IMG/VR virus record: IMGVR_UViG_3300010214_000037
Span: 1-32,631 of that record
DNA: 32,631 nt
From: a virus
Lineage: Duplodnaviria; Caudoviricetes
Direction: 5' to 3' (one strand)
This document shows positions 15,334 to 24,620 of the stretch, piece by piece; position 1 is the first letter of the stretch; each line of letters opens with the position of its first letter. A model generated the notes under the pieces. It was not told where the DNA came from. It was given only the letters and a program-made list of their open reading frames with translations, and did no database searches. The position numbers were made by a program, and so were the translations under genes.

Positions 15334-17516
15334 ATCTTGCGGACGGTTACACGCTCATGGTGGAGGCCGCGATCGAGGCTTCAAGGCCTGATCCTGAACT
15401 GCGTTGCGATGAGTGGGCAGAGCAGTACATGGTCTTGCCAAAGAGTGGCCCGCAGCCTGGTCCATTCCGATTTGATCGCAGCTATCCGGCCAGGCGTGTG
15501 CACCAGGTGCTGTCCCCCTCCCATCCTGCAAAGCGCGTGGTGGCTAAGGTCGCCTCGCAGATGTTCAAGACTCAGACGGCCTTGAACTGGATTGGCTCGC
15601 TGATGCATCGTAGGCCGCGCAACATCCTTGCGCTGGAGCCAACAGACACCCTGGTCAAGCGCTTTTCAGCGCGAGTGTCCACGATGATCCGCAGCGTGCC
15701 AGAGTTGCGCGAACGTGTTGCAGCAGCCAAGAGCCGCGATTCACGCAACACCACACAGGCAAAGGACTTCCTGGGTGACGCGACGCTGTACATGAATACC
15801 GCTGGCTCTGCGGCCAACTTGGCGGAAGTCTCCGCGCCCTACATCTACATTGACGAAATCGACCGCCTGGATCTCGACGTCGACGGTGAAGGCGATCCGG
15901 TCGAGCTGGCCGAGGCCCGTGCCACCCAATACGCCAACGATTGCAAGTTCCTGTACACCTCCAGTCCTGGCATAGAAGGCTTTTCCAAGATCGACACCCT
16001 CTATGAAATGGGCACCAAAGAGAAGTACTTTGTTCCGTGTCCGCATGATGACTGCGGACATCTGCACTCTCTGGAGCTGGAGAACTTCAAATATGCACGG
16101 GACGAAGAAACCGGCTTCATGGACCGAGCCTGGTTTGCTTGCCCAGGATGTGGTGCGGATATCGATGAGCGCCACAAGGTCACCATGCTGCCGGATGAAG
16201 CAGCAGGAGGCCAGGCGCGCTGGGTGGCGACTGCCAAAGGGGATGGCGAGACCGTCAGCTTCACACTGTCTGCCTTCTACATGCCCATTGGTGCCATTAC
16301 CTGGCTGGCTCTGGCCCGTCAGCTGGCCCGTGCGCGCGACCGGGTTAAGCGTGGTGATCATGAAGCCATGCAGGTGTTCTACAACACGCGTCTAGGTCTG
16401 AGCTACAAGAATAGCGAGTCGACCACCACAGCCGAGCAGCTACGCCGTCGCGCCGAAGACTACCCCCTGCGTGTGCTGCCAGACGCAGCTCTGGTGGTGA
16501 CTATGGCCGTGGATACTCAGCCCAATCGCCTGGAAGTTCAAATCGAGGCCTGGGGGCCTGGTTTGGAGCACTGGGTGATCGATTACATCGTGCTCAATGG
16601 CTCGCCCACAGAAAGCGCTGATGTCCCAGGCAGCGTTTGGCAACGGCTAGACACCATCCGCCGCACGCCGCTGCTGCATGCCAGTGGTAGGCCCATCATG
16701 TTGAGCGCATACGGCATTGACTCGGGCGGTGCCAACACCCAGGACGTCTACAACTACGGCCAGGCACGCAGGGCTCTGAATTGCGTGGTACTCCATGGCT
16801 CCAGCCGCCCCAATCGTCCCATCATGAGCAGCGCGCCTAGCAAGGTTGACATTGATTGGGGTGGTGAAAAAGTCAAGGGTGGCGTGGAGCTGTGGACGGT
16901 CGGCACCGACGTCGCCAAAGACTGGCTCAGCAACCGCATGCTGCTCACCGAGGGTGGTGGTGCAATGCACTTCCATGAGGATTTGCCGCCCGAGTGGTTT
17001 GACATGATGGTCGTTGAGCAGCCTCATACGAAGTGGCGCAAGGGCCGCCCGGTGCGTGAATGGGTCAAGCCGAATGGCGCGCGTAACGAAGCCTGGGACG
17101 TGTCGGTCTACAACCTGGCGCTTGCGCACCAGCTGGGCCTGCACAAGTGGTCTGCTTTGGACTGGAAGCGCCTGCGCGACAAGCTAATCCCGGCCAATCT
17201 TGATCTGTTCGCCGTTGCTCCGCAGCCTGCGCCCATCCACGACCCCGAGCCAGCGCCCGCACCAGATCCCGCGCCCGTGGCCGACATTGCGCCAGCGGTG
17301 CCTGTACAGCCCGAACCTATACCCGCGACAGAGCCTGAACCTACGGCGCAGACCGTACAGGCGTCTGTACCCCCGCCGCCGCAACCCCCGGCCAAAGAGC
17401 CTGCAGCTCCTGCCCCGGTTGCTCTAGCCCCCGCGCCACTGGCCCCGGCACCAGTGGCAACCGCCATCAACCGGCCTCCCGTGGGGCGTCGCATACTTTC
17501 GAGAGGGATACGCTAG
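15330..17516 (+). CDS. terL: Terminase large subunit, lambda GpA family
   Basis: YIDEIDR, GEGDPVELAEAR, YFVPCPH..CG, AVDTQ, GIDSGG, RNEAWD motifs; Pro/Ala-rich C-terminal tail. Confidence 0.96.
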   Translation: MNLADGYTLMVEAAIEASRPDPELRCDEWAEQYMVLPKSGPQPGPFRFDRSYPARRVHQVLSPSHPAKRVVAKVASQMFKTQTALNWIGSLMHRRPRNILALEPTDTLVKRFSARVSTMIRSVPELRERVAAAKSRDSRNTTQAKDFLGDATLYMNTAGSAANLAEVSAPYIYIDEIDRLDLDVDGEGDPVELAEARATQYANDCKFLYTSSPGIEGFSKIDTLYEMGTKEKYFVPCPHDDCGHLHSLELENFKYARDEETGFMDRAWFACPGCGADIDERHKVTMLPDEAAGGQARWVATAKGDGETVSFTLSAFYMPIGAITWLALARQLARARDRVKRGDHEAMQVFYNTRLGLSYKNSESTTTAEQLRRRAEDYPLRVLPDAALVVTMAVDTQPNRLEVQIEAWGPGLEHWVIDYIVLNGSPTESADVPGSVWQRLDTIRRTPLLHASGRPIMLSAYGIDSGGANTQDVYNYGQARRALNCVVLHGSSRPNRPIMSSAPSKVDIDWGGEKVKGGVELWTVGTDVAKDWLSNRMLLTEGGGAMHFHEDLPPEWFDMMVVEQPHTKWRKGRPVREWVKPNGARNEAWDVSVYNLALAHQLGLHKWSALDWKRLRDKLIPANLDLFAVAPQPAPIHDPEPAPAPDPAPVADIAPAVPVQPEPIPATEPEPTAQTVQASVPPPPQPPAKEPAAPAPVALAPAPLAPAPVATAINRPPVGRRILSRGIR
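17355..17370. repeat. Dispersed 16-bp near-palindrome GTACAGGCGTCTGTAC, copy 2
   Basis: Lies inside the low-complexity tail of terL. Confidence 0.9.
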
Positions 17517-18031
17517 TGACCGATATCAACCTTCATGACCCCGATGCTCTGCGCCTGGCAGCCGCTGCGCCGCAGAACCACGACCCAGATCCAGAAGCGA
17601 CCCAAGAGCAGCAGGATCTCGACAACCTGTGTGAGCGCTGGGTCGCTTGGAAGTCCACACGACGCTTTTACGCGCCGCCCTCGAATGTGGGCTCCATCCT
17701 CGGTCAGCTGAGCGGATCTCGCACCCGAGCGCTCAAATCTGACGGCCCGGACGCGTTCTGCAGTGCTGAGCTGGCGGCGTTTCATATCGCCTATTCCAGT
17801 CAGCCGGATGCATTGGACAAGCGCGTGTTCGACCTCTACTACGTGCACCGCGTGGCCCCCGTCAAGACTGCGGCGGCAGCGCTCAACATCAGCCGCAGCC
17901 ACTTCTACCTGGTGCTGGGAGACTTTCGCAAGCGTGTCCACGCGGCTGCAAAGAACGTCCTGGCAGCCAATTTGCAAAAGGCGGCGGAGATGTCAAGCGC
18001 TAAATTGTCAGCTCCAGATAAGACACTTTAG
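17516..18031 (+). CDS. Late gene regulator (Q-antiterminator/RinA-like, C-terminal HTH)
   Basis: 'LCERWVAW' N-terminus and 'VFDLYY...KTAAAALNISRSHFY' HTH; GTG overlaps the terL stop; followed by a repeat and a terminator. Confidence 0.7.
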   Translation: MTDINLHDPDALRLAAAAPQNHDPDPEATQEQQDLDNLCERWVAWKSTRRFYAPPSNVGSILGQLSGSRTRALKSDGPDAFCSAELAAFHIAYSSQPDALDKRVFDLYYVHRVAPVKTAAAALNISRSHFYLVLGDFRKRVHAAAKNVLAANLQKAAEMSSAKLSAPDKTL

Positions 18032-18054
18032 TCCTCGACTTGATAAGACACTTT
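18017..18054 (+). promoter_or_regulatory. 13-bp direct repeat GATAAGACACTTT x2, candidate late-promoter regulator site
   Basis: Exact copies at 18017-18029 and 18042-18054. Confidence 0.6.
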
Positions 18055-18137
18055 GCCCCAAAATTCGGGCTAATTCAGGTAGGTCTAAAAAATCCGCCTG
18101 ATACGAAACAACCGCCGCAGCCGCCTGCAAAACAGGC

Positions 18138-18177
18138 AAAGCCCCCGCACTTCGAAAGGAGCCGGGGGCTTTTTATT
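18138..18177 (+). terminator. Intrinsic terminator upstream of structural genes (tR'-like)
   Basis: AAAGCCCCCG...CGGGGGCTTT stem with inner CTTC-GAAA-GGAG, followed by TTTTTATT. Confidence 0.8.
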
Positions 18178-18188
18178 GGACGATCCAG

Positions 18189-18938
18189 ATGCTCAACATC
18201 TCACGCACAGGCCAGTCTCTTGCAGACATGGCAAACCAGGTGCGAGGGGTGCCCGCGCGCCTGATTCCTTATGCCACGGCAACGGCGCTCACACGCTGCG
18301 CCAAGCAGGCCCAGACGGACGATCTGCCCCAGGCCATGCGCAAGGCCTTCGACAACCCCACCAGCTACACCCTGAACGCGCTGCGCATCGAGCCTGCCAC
18401 CAAGAACAAGCTCAGTGCCCGCGTGCTGGTCAAGACCAAGGCCATGACCAGCGGCAACGCGCCGGAGAGCTATTTGCAGCCTGAGGTCGAGGGCGGTCAA
18501 CGTGGCTCCAAGCGCATGGAGAACGCACTGCGCTACGCGGGTTTGCTGACTGCAGGGCAGTTTGTGGTGCCAGGCGCTGCGACCTCGCTGGATGCCAATG
18601 GCAACGTCAAGGGCGCAGACATTCGCACCATCCTCAAGGCGCTGAAGAACCTCAAAGCGGTCAGCGCCACGCGCAGCCGCAGCGGTCAGCGTCTTGCCAA
18701 GGGCCGCCAGCTCGCCAATCAGCTGTTTGTCGGCAAGCCTCAGGGCGGCAATCGCCCAGACGGCATCTGGCGACGCGAGGGCAAGCGGCTGCGCCCCTTG
18801 TTTGTATTCACTAACTCAGTGCCCACCTATCGCCCCCGCCTGGACTTCAGCGGGGTAGTGCAGGGCGTGGCACGCAAGCAGTTCCCTGCTGAGTTTGCCA
18901 AGGCTGTTGCCTCCATGAAATCGAAAGGACGCTGGTAA
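18189..18938 (+). CDS. Basic virion morphogenesis protein (gpZ/neck tail-completion-like)
   Basis: 'PYATATALTRCAKQAQ...FDNPTSYTLNAL...GIWRR...YRPRLDF' pattern; first late gene. Confidence 0.7.
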   Translation: MLNISRTGQSLADMANQVRGVPARLIPYATATALTRCAKQAQTDDLPQAMRKAFDNPTSYTLNALRIEPATKNKLSARVLVKTKAMTSGNAPESYLQPEVEGGQRGSKRMENALRYAGLLTAGQFVVPGAATSLDANGNVKGADIRTILKALKNLKAVSATRSRSGQRLAKGRQLANQLFVGKPQGGNRPDGIWRREGKRLRPLFVFTNSVPTYRPRLDFSGVVQGVARKQFPAEFAKAVASMKSKGRW

Positions 18939-19177
18939 TGAGCGCCGAAGAACTCCAATCCTGGAAAGACCGTCTGACCAGCTATCTGAATGCCGAAAAG
19001 CGCATTCTGGACTCGCAGGAATACCAGATCGGCCAAGGCTCGGCAGCTCGCCGCAATCGCCGGGCCGAGCTGGAGCAGGTGCAGAACGGCATCCGCGAGT
19101 GCCAACAAAAGATTGGACAGCTGCAGGCGGCCAGCTCGCCACGCGGTCGCCGCATCATCCGTTTGCGCCCCTACTGA
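18938..19177 (+). CDS. Head completion/head-tail joining protein (gpW-like)
   Basis: 'YLNAEKRILDSQEYQIG...RRAELEQVQNGI', immediately before the portal. Confidence 0.8.
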   Translation: MSAEELQSWKDRLTSYLNAEKRILDSQEYQIGQGSAARRNRRAELEQVQNGIRECQQKIGQLQAASSPRGRRIIRLRPY

Positions 19178-19178
19178 T

Positions 19179-20816
19179 ATGCAGCTCAATCTCCTCGATC
19201 GTGCCATCGCAACCGTCGCGCCAGGCTGGGGTGCGCAACGTGCAAGAAGCAGAGTCCAGATCGCGCTGTCTGAGCAGGTTTCCCAGACTGCGGACGCTGG
19301 TCTCAAGGCAAAGGGGGCTGGCGACAGCAACGAGGCCGTCTCTCGCTCCAGCCGTTGGTGGTTCCCATTCCCGCGCGATGCACGGGCAGACACCATGGGC
19401 AAGCTGCCGCAGCAGCGTGGCGCTTCGCGTGAGCTGGCTCGCACATCACCCATCGCGGCAGGAGCCATTAACACGAATATCGACCGTGTTGTCGGCACCG
19501 GCCTAGCCTTGGTTGCCCAGCCAGCGATGGCTGTGCTGGGATGGACGCCAGAGCGTGCCCTGGAATGGCGTGCCAAGGTGCATCAGGAATTCAGCCTCTG
19601 GGCAGATAGCACCGACTGCGACCTCGAAGGCTCCCTCAATTTTTACCAGCTGCAGGCGCTTGTGCTGCGTAGCACGCTGGAGTCTGGCGACTGCTTCAGC
19701 AACCTGCCGGATGGGGAGCGCACTGCCACCCAGCCCTATGCGTTGCGCATTCAGGTGCTCGAAGCCGACCGCGTGGGCAACCCCCTGGGCGCAATGGATA
19801 CGCCCACCATGGCGGGAGGCATTCGGCTGAATGCCAGCGGCGCACCCGAGGCCTACTACATCTACGACCAGCACCCTGGCTCGCTGGCGGGCATCAAGGG
19901 CGGAGCGTACAAAGGGCAGTGGGTGGAGCGCCTGGGCGCACGCTCTCGCCGCCGCCGCGTGCTGCATCACTTCCGCAAGCTGCGCCCCGGCTCCGTACGC
20001 GGCACGCCCTACCTGGCACCGATCATTGATTGCATCAAGCAGATAGCGCGATACACAGAGGCCGAGATCATGGCCGCTGTCGTCACGTCTTACCTGACCG
20101 TGTTCATTGAGACCCCTACAGGTAGTCCCAATGGTGTGTGGCAGGGCGAGGGCTCCGGCCAGGCTGCGGACAGCCAAGGCGGCGGCAGCGACCCAGGCGC
20201 AGAGATCGGTCTGGGTATGGGTACCGTGGTCGGGTTGGCACCAGGTGAGAAAGCCAATACCTTCAACCCTGCCCGACCTAACCCGAACTTCGAGCCCTTC
20301 ATCCTGGCGGTCATCAAACAGATGGGCATGGCGCTGAGCCTGCCTTACGAGCTGCTGGTCAAGCAATTCAATGCCAGCTACTCGGCCAGCAAGGCTGCGC
20401 TGCTCGACGCCTGGGTCTACTTCCGCAGCGTCCGCTACTGGCTGTCGCAGTCTTTCTGCCAGCCGGTTTTCGAGACATGGATGGCCGAGGCGGTCGCCAT
20501 TGGACGGATCGAGGCCCCTGGATTCTTTGCTGACCCTCTGATCCGTTGGGCATACACCCGCGCCGCATGGCCTGGTGACTCGATGGGCTCCATCAATCCC
20601 AAGGATGAGGTGGCGGCCTATGTCGCAGCGATCGAGGCCCGTCTCATGACCCATGAGCGCGCCGAGTGGGAGCTGTGGGGATCGAGCTGGGAAGACACCT
20701 ATTCCCAGAAAAAGTCCGAGCAAGACCGCATGCGCGCCGATGGAATCCTGCCCGTGCCGAAGGCCGGCGCACCCGCACCGCAGCAGAAAAAACCACCCGA
20801 GGAGCCTCAGACATGA
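19179..20816 (+). CDS. Portal protein, lambda gpB family (545 aa)
   Basis: ATG at 19179 (MQLNLLDRAI); VVGTGL, RPGSVRGTPYLAP, YSASKAALL, SINPKDEV motifs. Confidence 0.95.
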   Translation: MQLNLLDRAIATVAPGWGAQRARSRVQIALSEQVSQTADAGLKAKGAGDSNEAVSRSSRWWFPFPRDARADTMGKLPQQRGASRELARTSPIAAGAINTNIDRVVGTGLALVAQPAMAVLGWTPERALEWRAKVHQEFSLWADSTDCDLEGSLNFYQLQALVLRSTLESGDCFSNLPDGERTATQPYALRIQVLEADRVGNPLGAMDTPTMAGGIRLNASGAPEAYYIYDQHPGSLAGIKGGAYKGQWVERLGARSRRRRVLHHFRKLRPGSVRGTPYLAPIIDCIKQIARYTEAEIMAAVVTSYLTVFIETPTGSPNGVWQGEGSGQAADSQGGGSDPGAEIGLGMGTVVGLAPGEKANTFNPARPNPNFEPFILAVIKQMGMALSLPYELLVKQFNASYSASKAALLDAWVYFRSVRYWLSQSFCQPVFETWMAEAVAIGRIEAPGFFADPLIRWAYTRAAWPGDSMGSINPKDEVAAYVAAIEARLMTHERAEWELWGSSWEDTYSQKKSEQDRMRADGILPVPKAGAPAPQQKKPPEEPQT

Positions 20817-21106
20817 GCGACATCATGCAGCGCCGCCGCGTTGCCTTCGATCCCACCATCAACCTGGGCCATGTTCTGACCTTCGTCGGTTTCATGATCG
20901 CGGGCTTCTCGGCCTACAGCACGTTGGACAAGCGCGTCACGCTGATCGAGTCGCAGATCGTCGCCAGCTCCACGCATGTGCGTGACCAGGACAGCCGGCT
21001 CAAGGAAACCCTCTCGGATATCCGCGCAGATGTCAAAGAGCTGCAGCGCACCTTCAACTTCATCAGCCGCAGCAGCGGCACCACCACTACACAGGCCACA
21101 CCATGA
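20813..21106 (+). CDS. Single-TM coiled-coil protein (97 aa)
   Basis: ATGA overlaps on both sides; 'INLGHVLTFVGFMIAGFSAY' TM segment followed by a heptad region. Confidence 0.75.
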   Translation: MSDIMQRRRVAFDPTINLGHVLTFVGFMIAGFSAYSTLDKRVTLIESQIVASSTHVRDQDSRLKETLSDIRADVKELQRTFNFISRSSGTTTTQATP

Positions 21107-22455
21107 ACCTGCGCGACTTGATCCAGGGTGCCTGGGCGCTTGAGCCCGCCATGCTCAGCGAGATTCAGGCCATTTACGAAACCCATCTGCGCGGCGACAA
21201 GATCGACCTGGCTGCGGTTGAGGCCCGCCTGGGCCGCCCGCTTGCCAATGAGCAGCAAGAGTACGAGGTCAACTCTGACGGCGTGGCGGTGCTGCAGCTG
21301 TCCGGCGTGATGGCCCCCAAGGCGAATCTGTTTGCGCGCGTCTCGGGTGGCATCAGTACCCAAGTGGCGGCCCGCCAGATCGAAAGCGCCATGGTCGACC
21401 AGCGCGTCAAGGGCATGGTCGTGGTGCTCAACACACCGGGCGGCAATGTGCTCGGTGTGCCGGAGCTGGCCCAGACCATTTTCGAGGCTGCAGCCCAGAA
21501 GCCGCTGGTCGCTTTCTCGGATGAGCAGATCTTGAGCGCCGGGTATTGGGCGGCCAGCGCGGCCAATGCGGTCTACATCAGCTCCAACGTTGTCAGCATC
21601 GGATCGATCGGCGTGGTCATGGACCGCAGCTATGAGCCAGGCTCCACCAAGCGCCAGGAGTCCGTGGCCGCTGGCAAATACAAGCGCATGGTGAATGCGT
21701 CAGAGCCTTTGTCCAAGGAAGCCCGCGCCGAGGTGCAGGCCGATGTGGACTATGTCTACACCCTGTTCGTGGATGACGTGGCGCGCTTTCGCGGCGCTAC
21801 GAGCGAGCAGGTACTCGAACACATGGCCGATGGCCGTGTTTTCCGTGGTCAGAACGCGATGAATGCGGGCTTGGTGGACGGTGTTTCCACCTTGGACGAG
21901 CTGGTCGCGCAAATGGCTGCAGATCCTTCCCAGTTCGCCAAGCGCCGCAAAGCGGTGTTTGCGCTGGGCAAACCGTCCCCAAGCGCCGGTGCTGCGCCCA
22001 AAGACACAACCCCTAAACGTGAGGTGAAAACCATGGGTGACCCCAATGCAACCCCCATCACGCGTGCGTCCTTGGAGCAAGACCACGCGCCGCTGTTCGC
22101 GCAGATCCGCGCTGAATTCCTGACCTTGGGTGCCACGCAAGAGCGTGAGCGCATCCAGGCTGTTCTGGCCGTGGGTGATGGCCTACCAGGTCATGACACG
22201 CTGCTGCAGGGTCTGGCCTTCGACGGCAAGACCACTGCAGAGGTGGCCGGCCTGGCCGTGCTGACTGCTGAAAAGACAGCTCGCGCCGCTGCGGTGGCTG
22301 CCCACCAGAAGGAGGCTCCTCCTGCCCAGAAGTCGAGCGCTGCCCCGGCCAATGAAAAAACCAAGGACCAGCAGGTGGCAGAGGCTCAGGCCTACGTCAA
22401 GGAACACGGCGGCACCCTGGTCGCCGCCTTCAAGGAACTGGGCTACGCCCAGTAA
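21103..22455 (+). CDS. S49-family prohead protease with C-terminal scaffold domain (gpC/Nu3-like)
   Basis: NTPGG, SAGYWAASAA, GSIGV, AGKYK, GLVDGV; Ala-rich C-terminus with 'GATQERERIQAV'. Confidence 0.93.
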   Translation: MNLRDLIQGAWALEPAMLSEIQAIYETHLRGDKIDLAAVEARLGRPLANEQQEYEVNSDGVAVLQLSGVMAPKANLFARVSGGISTQVAARQIESAMVDQRVKGMVVVLNTPGGNVLGVPELAQTIFEAAAQKPLVAFSDEQILSAGYWAASAANAVYISSNVVSIGSIGVVMDRSYEPGSTKRQESVAAGKYKRMVNASEPLSKEARAEVQADVDYVYTLFVDDVARFRGATSEQVLEHMADGRVFRGQNAMNAGLVDGVSTLDELVAQMAADPSQFAKRRKAVFALGKPSPSAGAAPKDTTPKREVKTMGDPNATPITRASLEQDHAPLFAQIRAEFLTLGATQERERIQAVLAVGDGLPGHDTLLQGLAFDGKTTAEVAGLAVLTAEKTARAAAVAAHQKEAPPAQKSSAAPANEKTKDQQVAEAQAYVKEHGGTLVAAFKELGYAQ

Positions 22456-22484
22456 GCGCTCAAGCTTTCATCAGGAGCAACAAC

Positions 22485-22841
22485 ATGCAAACAAGCATTT
22501 CTCTTCTCGCGCTGACAGTGGCGGCGGGCGGCCCTCTGGCGGTGGAGCGTTTTATCACCCAGGCGGGCGCTTATCCGGCTGCTGGGGCTTCGGCATTCGG
22601 CGTCACGCGCACCAACGCAGCAGCCAAGGGCGACCTGGTGCCGGTCGATGTGGTGGGCACAGCCGTCGTGGCCGCTGGTGCCGCTATTGCGCTGGACGAT
22701 CCTTTGATGGTCGATGCGCAGGGCCGCGTCGTGCCGCTGACAGCCGGCAAGGCTGGCGTGGCTAAGGCGATGGGCACTGCCGGTGCCGCCGGTGATCGCA
22801 TCGAAGTCCTGCTCACCCCCACGGCTCAACTGGTGGCCTGA
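22485..22841 (+). CDS. Capsid cement/decoration protein (DUF2190-like)
   Basis: Small Ala/Gly/Val-rich beta protein between protease and capsid; AGGAG RBS. Confidence 0.8.
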   Translation: MQTSISLLALTVAAGGPLAVERFITQAGAYPAAGASAFGVTRTNAAAKGDLVPVDVVGTAVVAAGAAIALDDPLMVDAQGRVVPLTAGKAGVAKAMGTAGAAGDRIEVLLTPTAQLVA

Positions 22842-22873
22842 GCCATCGCAACCCAGATTTTCAGGAGAAATTT

Positions 22874-23818
22874 ATGTCCCAAATGACCCCTCGCGAAGCG
22901 GCAGTCGTCGATCCGATCCTGACCGCCGTCGCGCGTGGCTATGGCTCGCCCAATGCCAAGATCGCAGACATCCTGTTCCCGCGCGTCGACGTGACCAGCC
23001 GCTCCGGCAAGATTCTGGTGTTCCCACCCGATTCGTTCAAGCTGGTCAACTCGGCCCGTGCGCCTGGCGCGAACACCAAGCGCATCCGCCTTGGCTATGC
23101 CGGTGCCAACTATTCTCTGGTCGATCACAGCCTGGAAGGCGAAGTGCCGATCGAGACCGAGGAGGAAGCGCAGACTGTCCCCGGCATCGACCTGGGCAGC
23201 CACGCCATCAACACGGTGCAGGACGTCATGGCCAACGAGCGCGAGAAGCAGGCCGCTGACCTGGCGCTCGACGTCAACAACTACGATGCCGAGCACAAGA
23301 TCGTGCTGTCCAGCACGGACTACTGGACCAACTCGGCCAGCAATCCCTTTGACCAGGTCAACGAAGGCCGCGAAGCCATTCGCAAGAGCACGGGCAAGAA
23401 GCCCGGCGTGCTGGTGCTGTCCCCGTCAGCGCTGCTCGCCTTGCGCAATCACCCCAAGGTCATGGACCGCATCAGCATCACTGCCGACCGCGTTCCCGCC
23501 ACTATCGAGCAGCTGCAGCGCCTGTTCGAGATCGAGCGCATTGTCGAAGGAGAAGCCACCTATCACGACGGTGCTTCGTTTCAGGATATGTGGGGTGCCG
23601 AGGCTGTTCTGGCCTTCACTACGCCGGCCACGATGCAGCAGCGCGGCTCTCCCAGCTACGGCTACACCTACCAGCTCCAGGGACGTCCCAACGTGGAGGA
23701 GGCCTACTACGAGCGCAACCCCAAGACCTGGTACTACCCCGTCAACGACGCACGCCAGCCTGTGCTGGTGGGCGCAACGGCGGGCTTCCTGTTCAAAAAC
23801 GCAGGTAAGGGAGCATGA
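22874..23818 (+). CDS. Major capsid protein
   Basis: 314 aa, strong AGGAG RBS, position after the decoration gene, 'VDPILTAVARGY...IADILFPRVDV' and 'AGFLFKN' ends. Confidence 0.88.
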   Translation: MSQMTPREAAVVDPILTAVARGYGSPNAKIADILFPRVDVTSRSGKILVFPPDSFKLVNSARAPGANTKRIRLGYAGANYSLVDHSLEGEVPIETEEEAQTVPGIDLGSHAINTVQDVMANEREKQAADLALDVNNYDAEHKIVLSSTDYWTNSASNPFDQVNEGREAIRKSTGKKPGVLVLSPSALLALRNHPKVMDRISITADRVPATIEQLQRLFEIERIVEGEATYHDGASFQDMWGAEAVLAFTTPATMQQRGSPSYGYTYQLQGRPNVEEAYYERNPKTWYYPVNDARQPVLVGATAGFLFKNAGKGA

Positions 23819-24285
23819 TCATGCGCAAGTACATTACCCGCCATCAGATCCGACACGGTGGCAAGCGCCTGCCCGTCGGTACCACCATAGAACTGTCTGA
23901 TAAGGATGCCGAGGATCTGGGCGACGCGGTGGTGCTGCAGTCGACTTCCAGTGGCGAGCAGCAGGCCAGCACCCTGATCGAGGACAAGCTCAAGATCGCG
24001 GTCATTGCCCGTGATCAGGCAGAAGCGCGCGCCGAAGCAGCTCAAACCGCGTTGCTTGAGCAGCGGACCCAGCTCGAAGCAGAAGTTCGTGCCCGTGAAG
24101 AAGCCGCGGCACGCGCCGAAGCCGATGCCAAGGCCCGCGCAGAGGCAGAGGCACGGGCTGACGCTGCGGAGAAGGCGCTGGCCGAAGCCTCGACCCGTGC
24201 CACGACCGCTGAGAAGGCTCTGGCGGACTCTGCTTCTGCTGCCGATAGCAAGGTCGGCAAGGGCAAGACACTCCCTCTCGCCTGA
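23815..24285 (+). CDS. Ala/Glu-rich coiled-coil protein after the capsid gene (gpFI-like position)
   Basis: N-terminal 'IRHGGKRLPVGTTIEL' module plus EA-rich helix; coupled overlaps. Confidence 0.7.
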   Translation: MIMRKYITRHQIRHGGKRLPVGTTIELSDKDAEDLGDAVVLQSTSSGEQQASTLIEDKLKIAVIARDQAEARAEAAQTALLEQRTQLEAEVRAREEAAARAEADAKARAEAEARADAAEKALAEASTRATTAEKALADSASAADSKVGKGKTLPLA

Positions 24286-24620
24286 TGCTGGACCTCGACC
24301 ACGACATGGAGGCCGTCTTCTACAGCCCGGACTTCGCGCTGCAGCTCAAGCGCGTTCGTCCTAGTGTGGAAGATCTCACGTTCCGGGGCATTGTGGGCAT
24401 GACAGACAGGGAGGCTCTGGATGGGCACGCGATGGCGACATCGCGCACCCTCCAGTGCCCTGGCCTGGTGGATCTGCGTGCCGACGATATCGTGCAGCTG
24501 CTGGAGGCATTCCCTCAGCTCGGCCTGGCCGAGGGGAGCCGGTTCCGCGTGCTCGACGTGCCGGAGCGCGTCAACGACGGCGCTGAGCTGCTGGTGCTGC
24601 TTGGGAGTACTCGGTCATGA
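24285..24620 (+). CDS. Head-tail joining/closure protein (gpFII-like)
   Basis: 111 aa, beta-rich, 'FRVLDVPERVNDG'; position in the head-tail block. Confidence 0.7.
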   Translation: MLDLDHDMEAVFYSPDFALQLKRVRPSVEDLTFRGIVGMTDREALDGHAMATSRTLQCPGLVDLRADDIVQLLEAFPQLGLAEGSRFRVLDVPERVNDGAELLVLLGSTRS

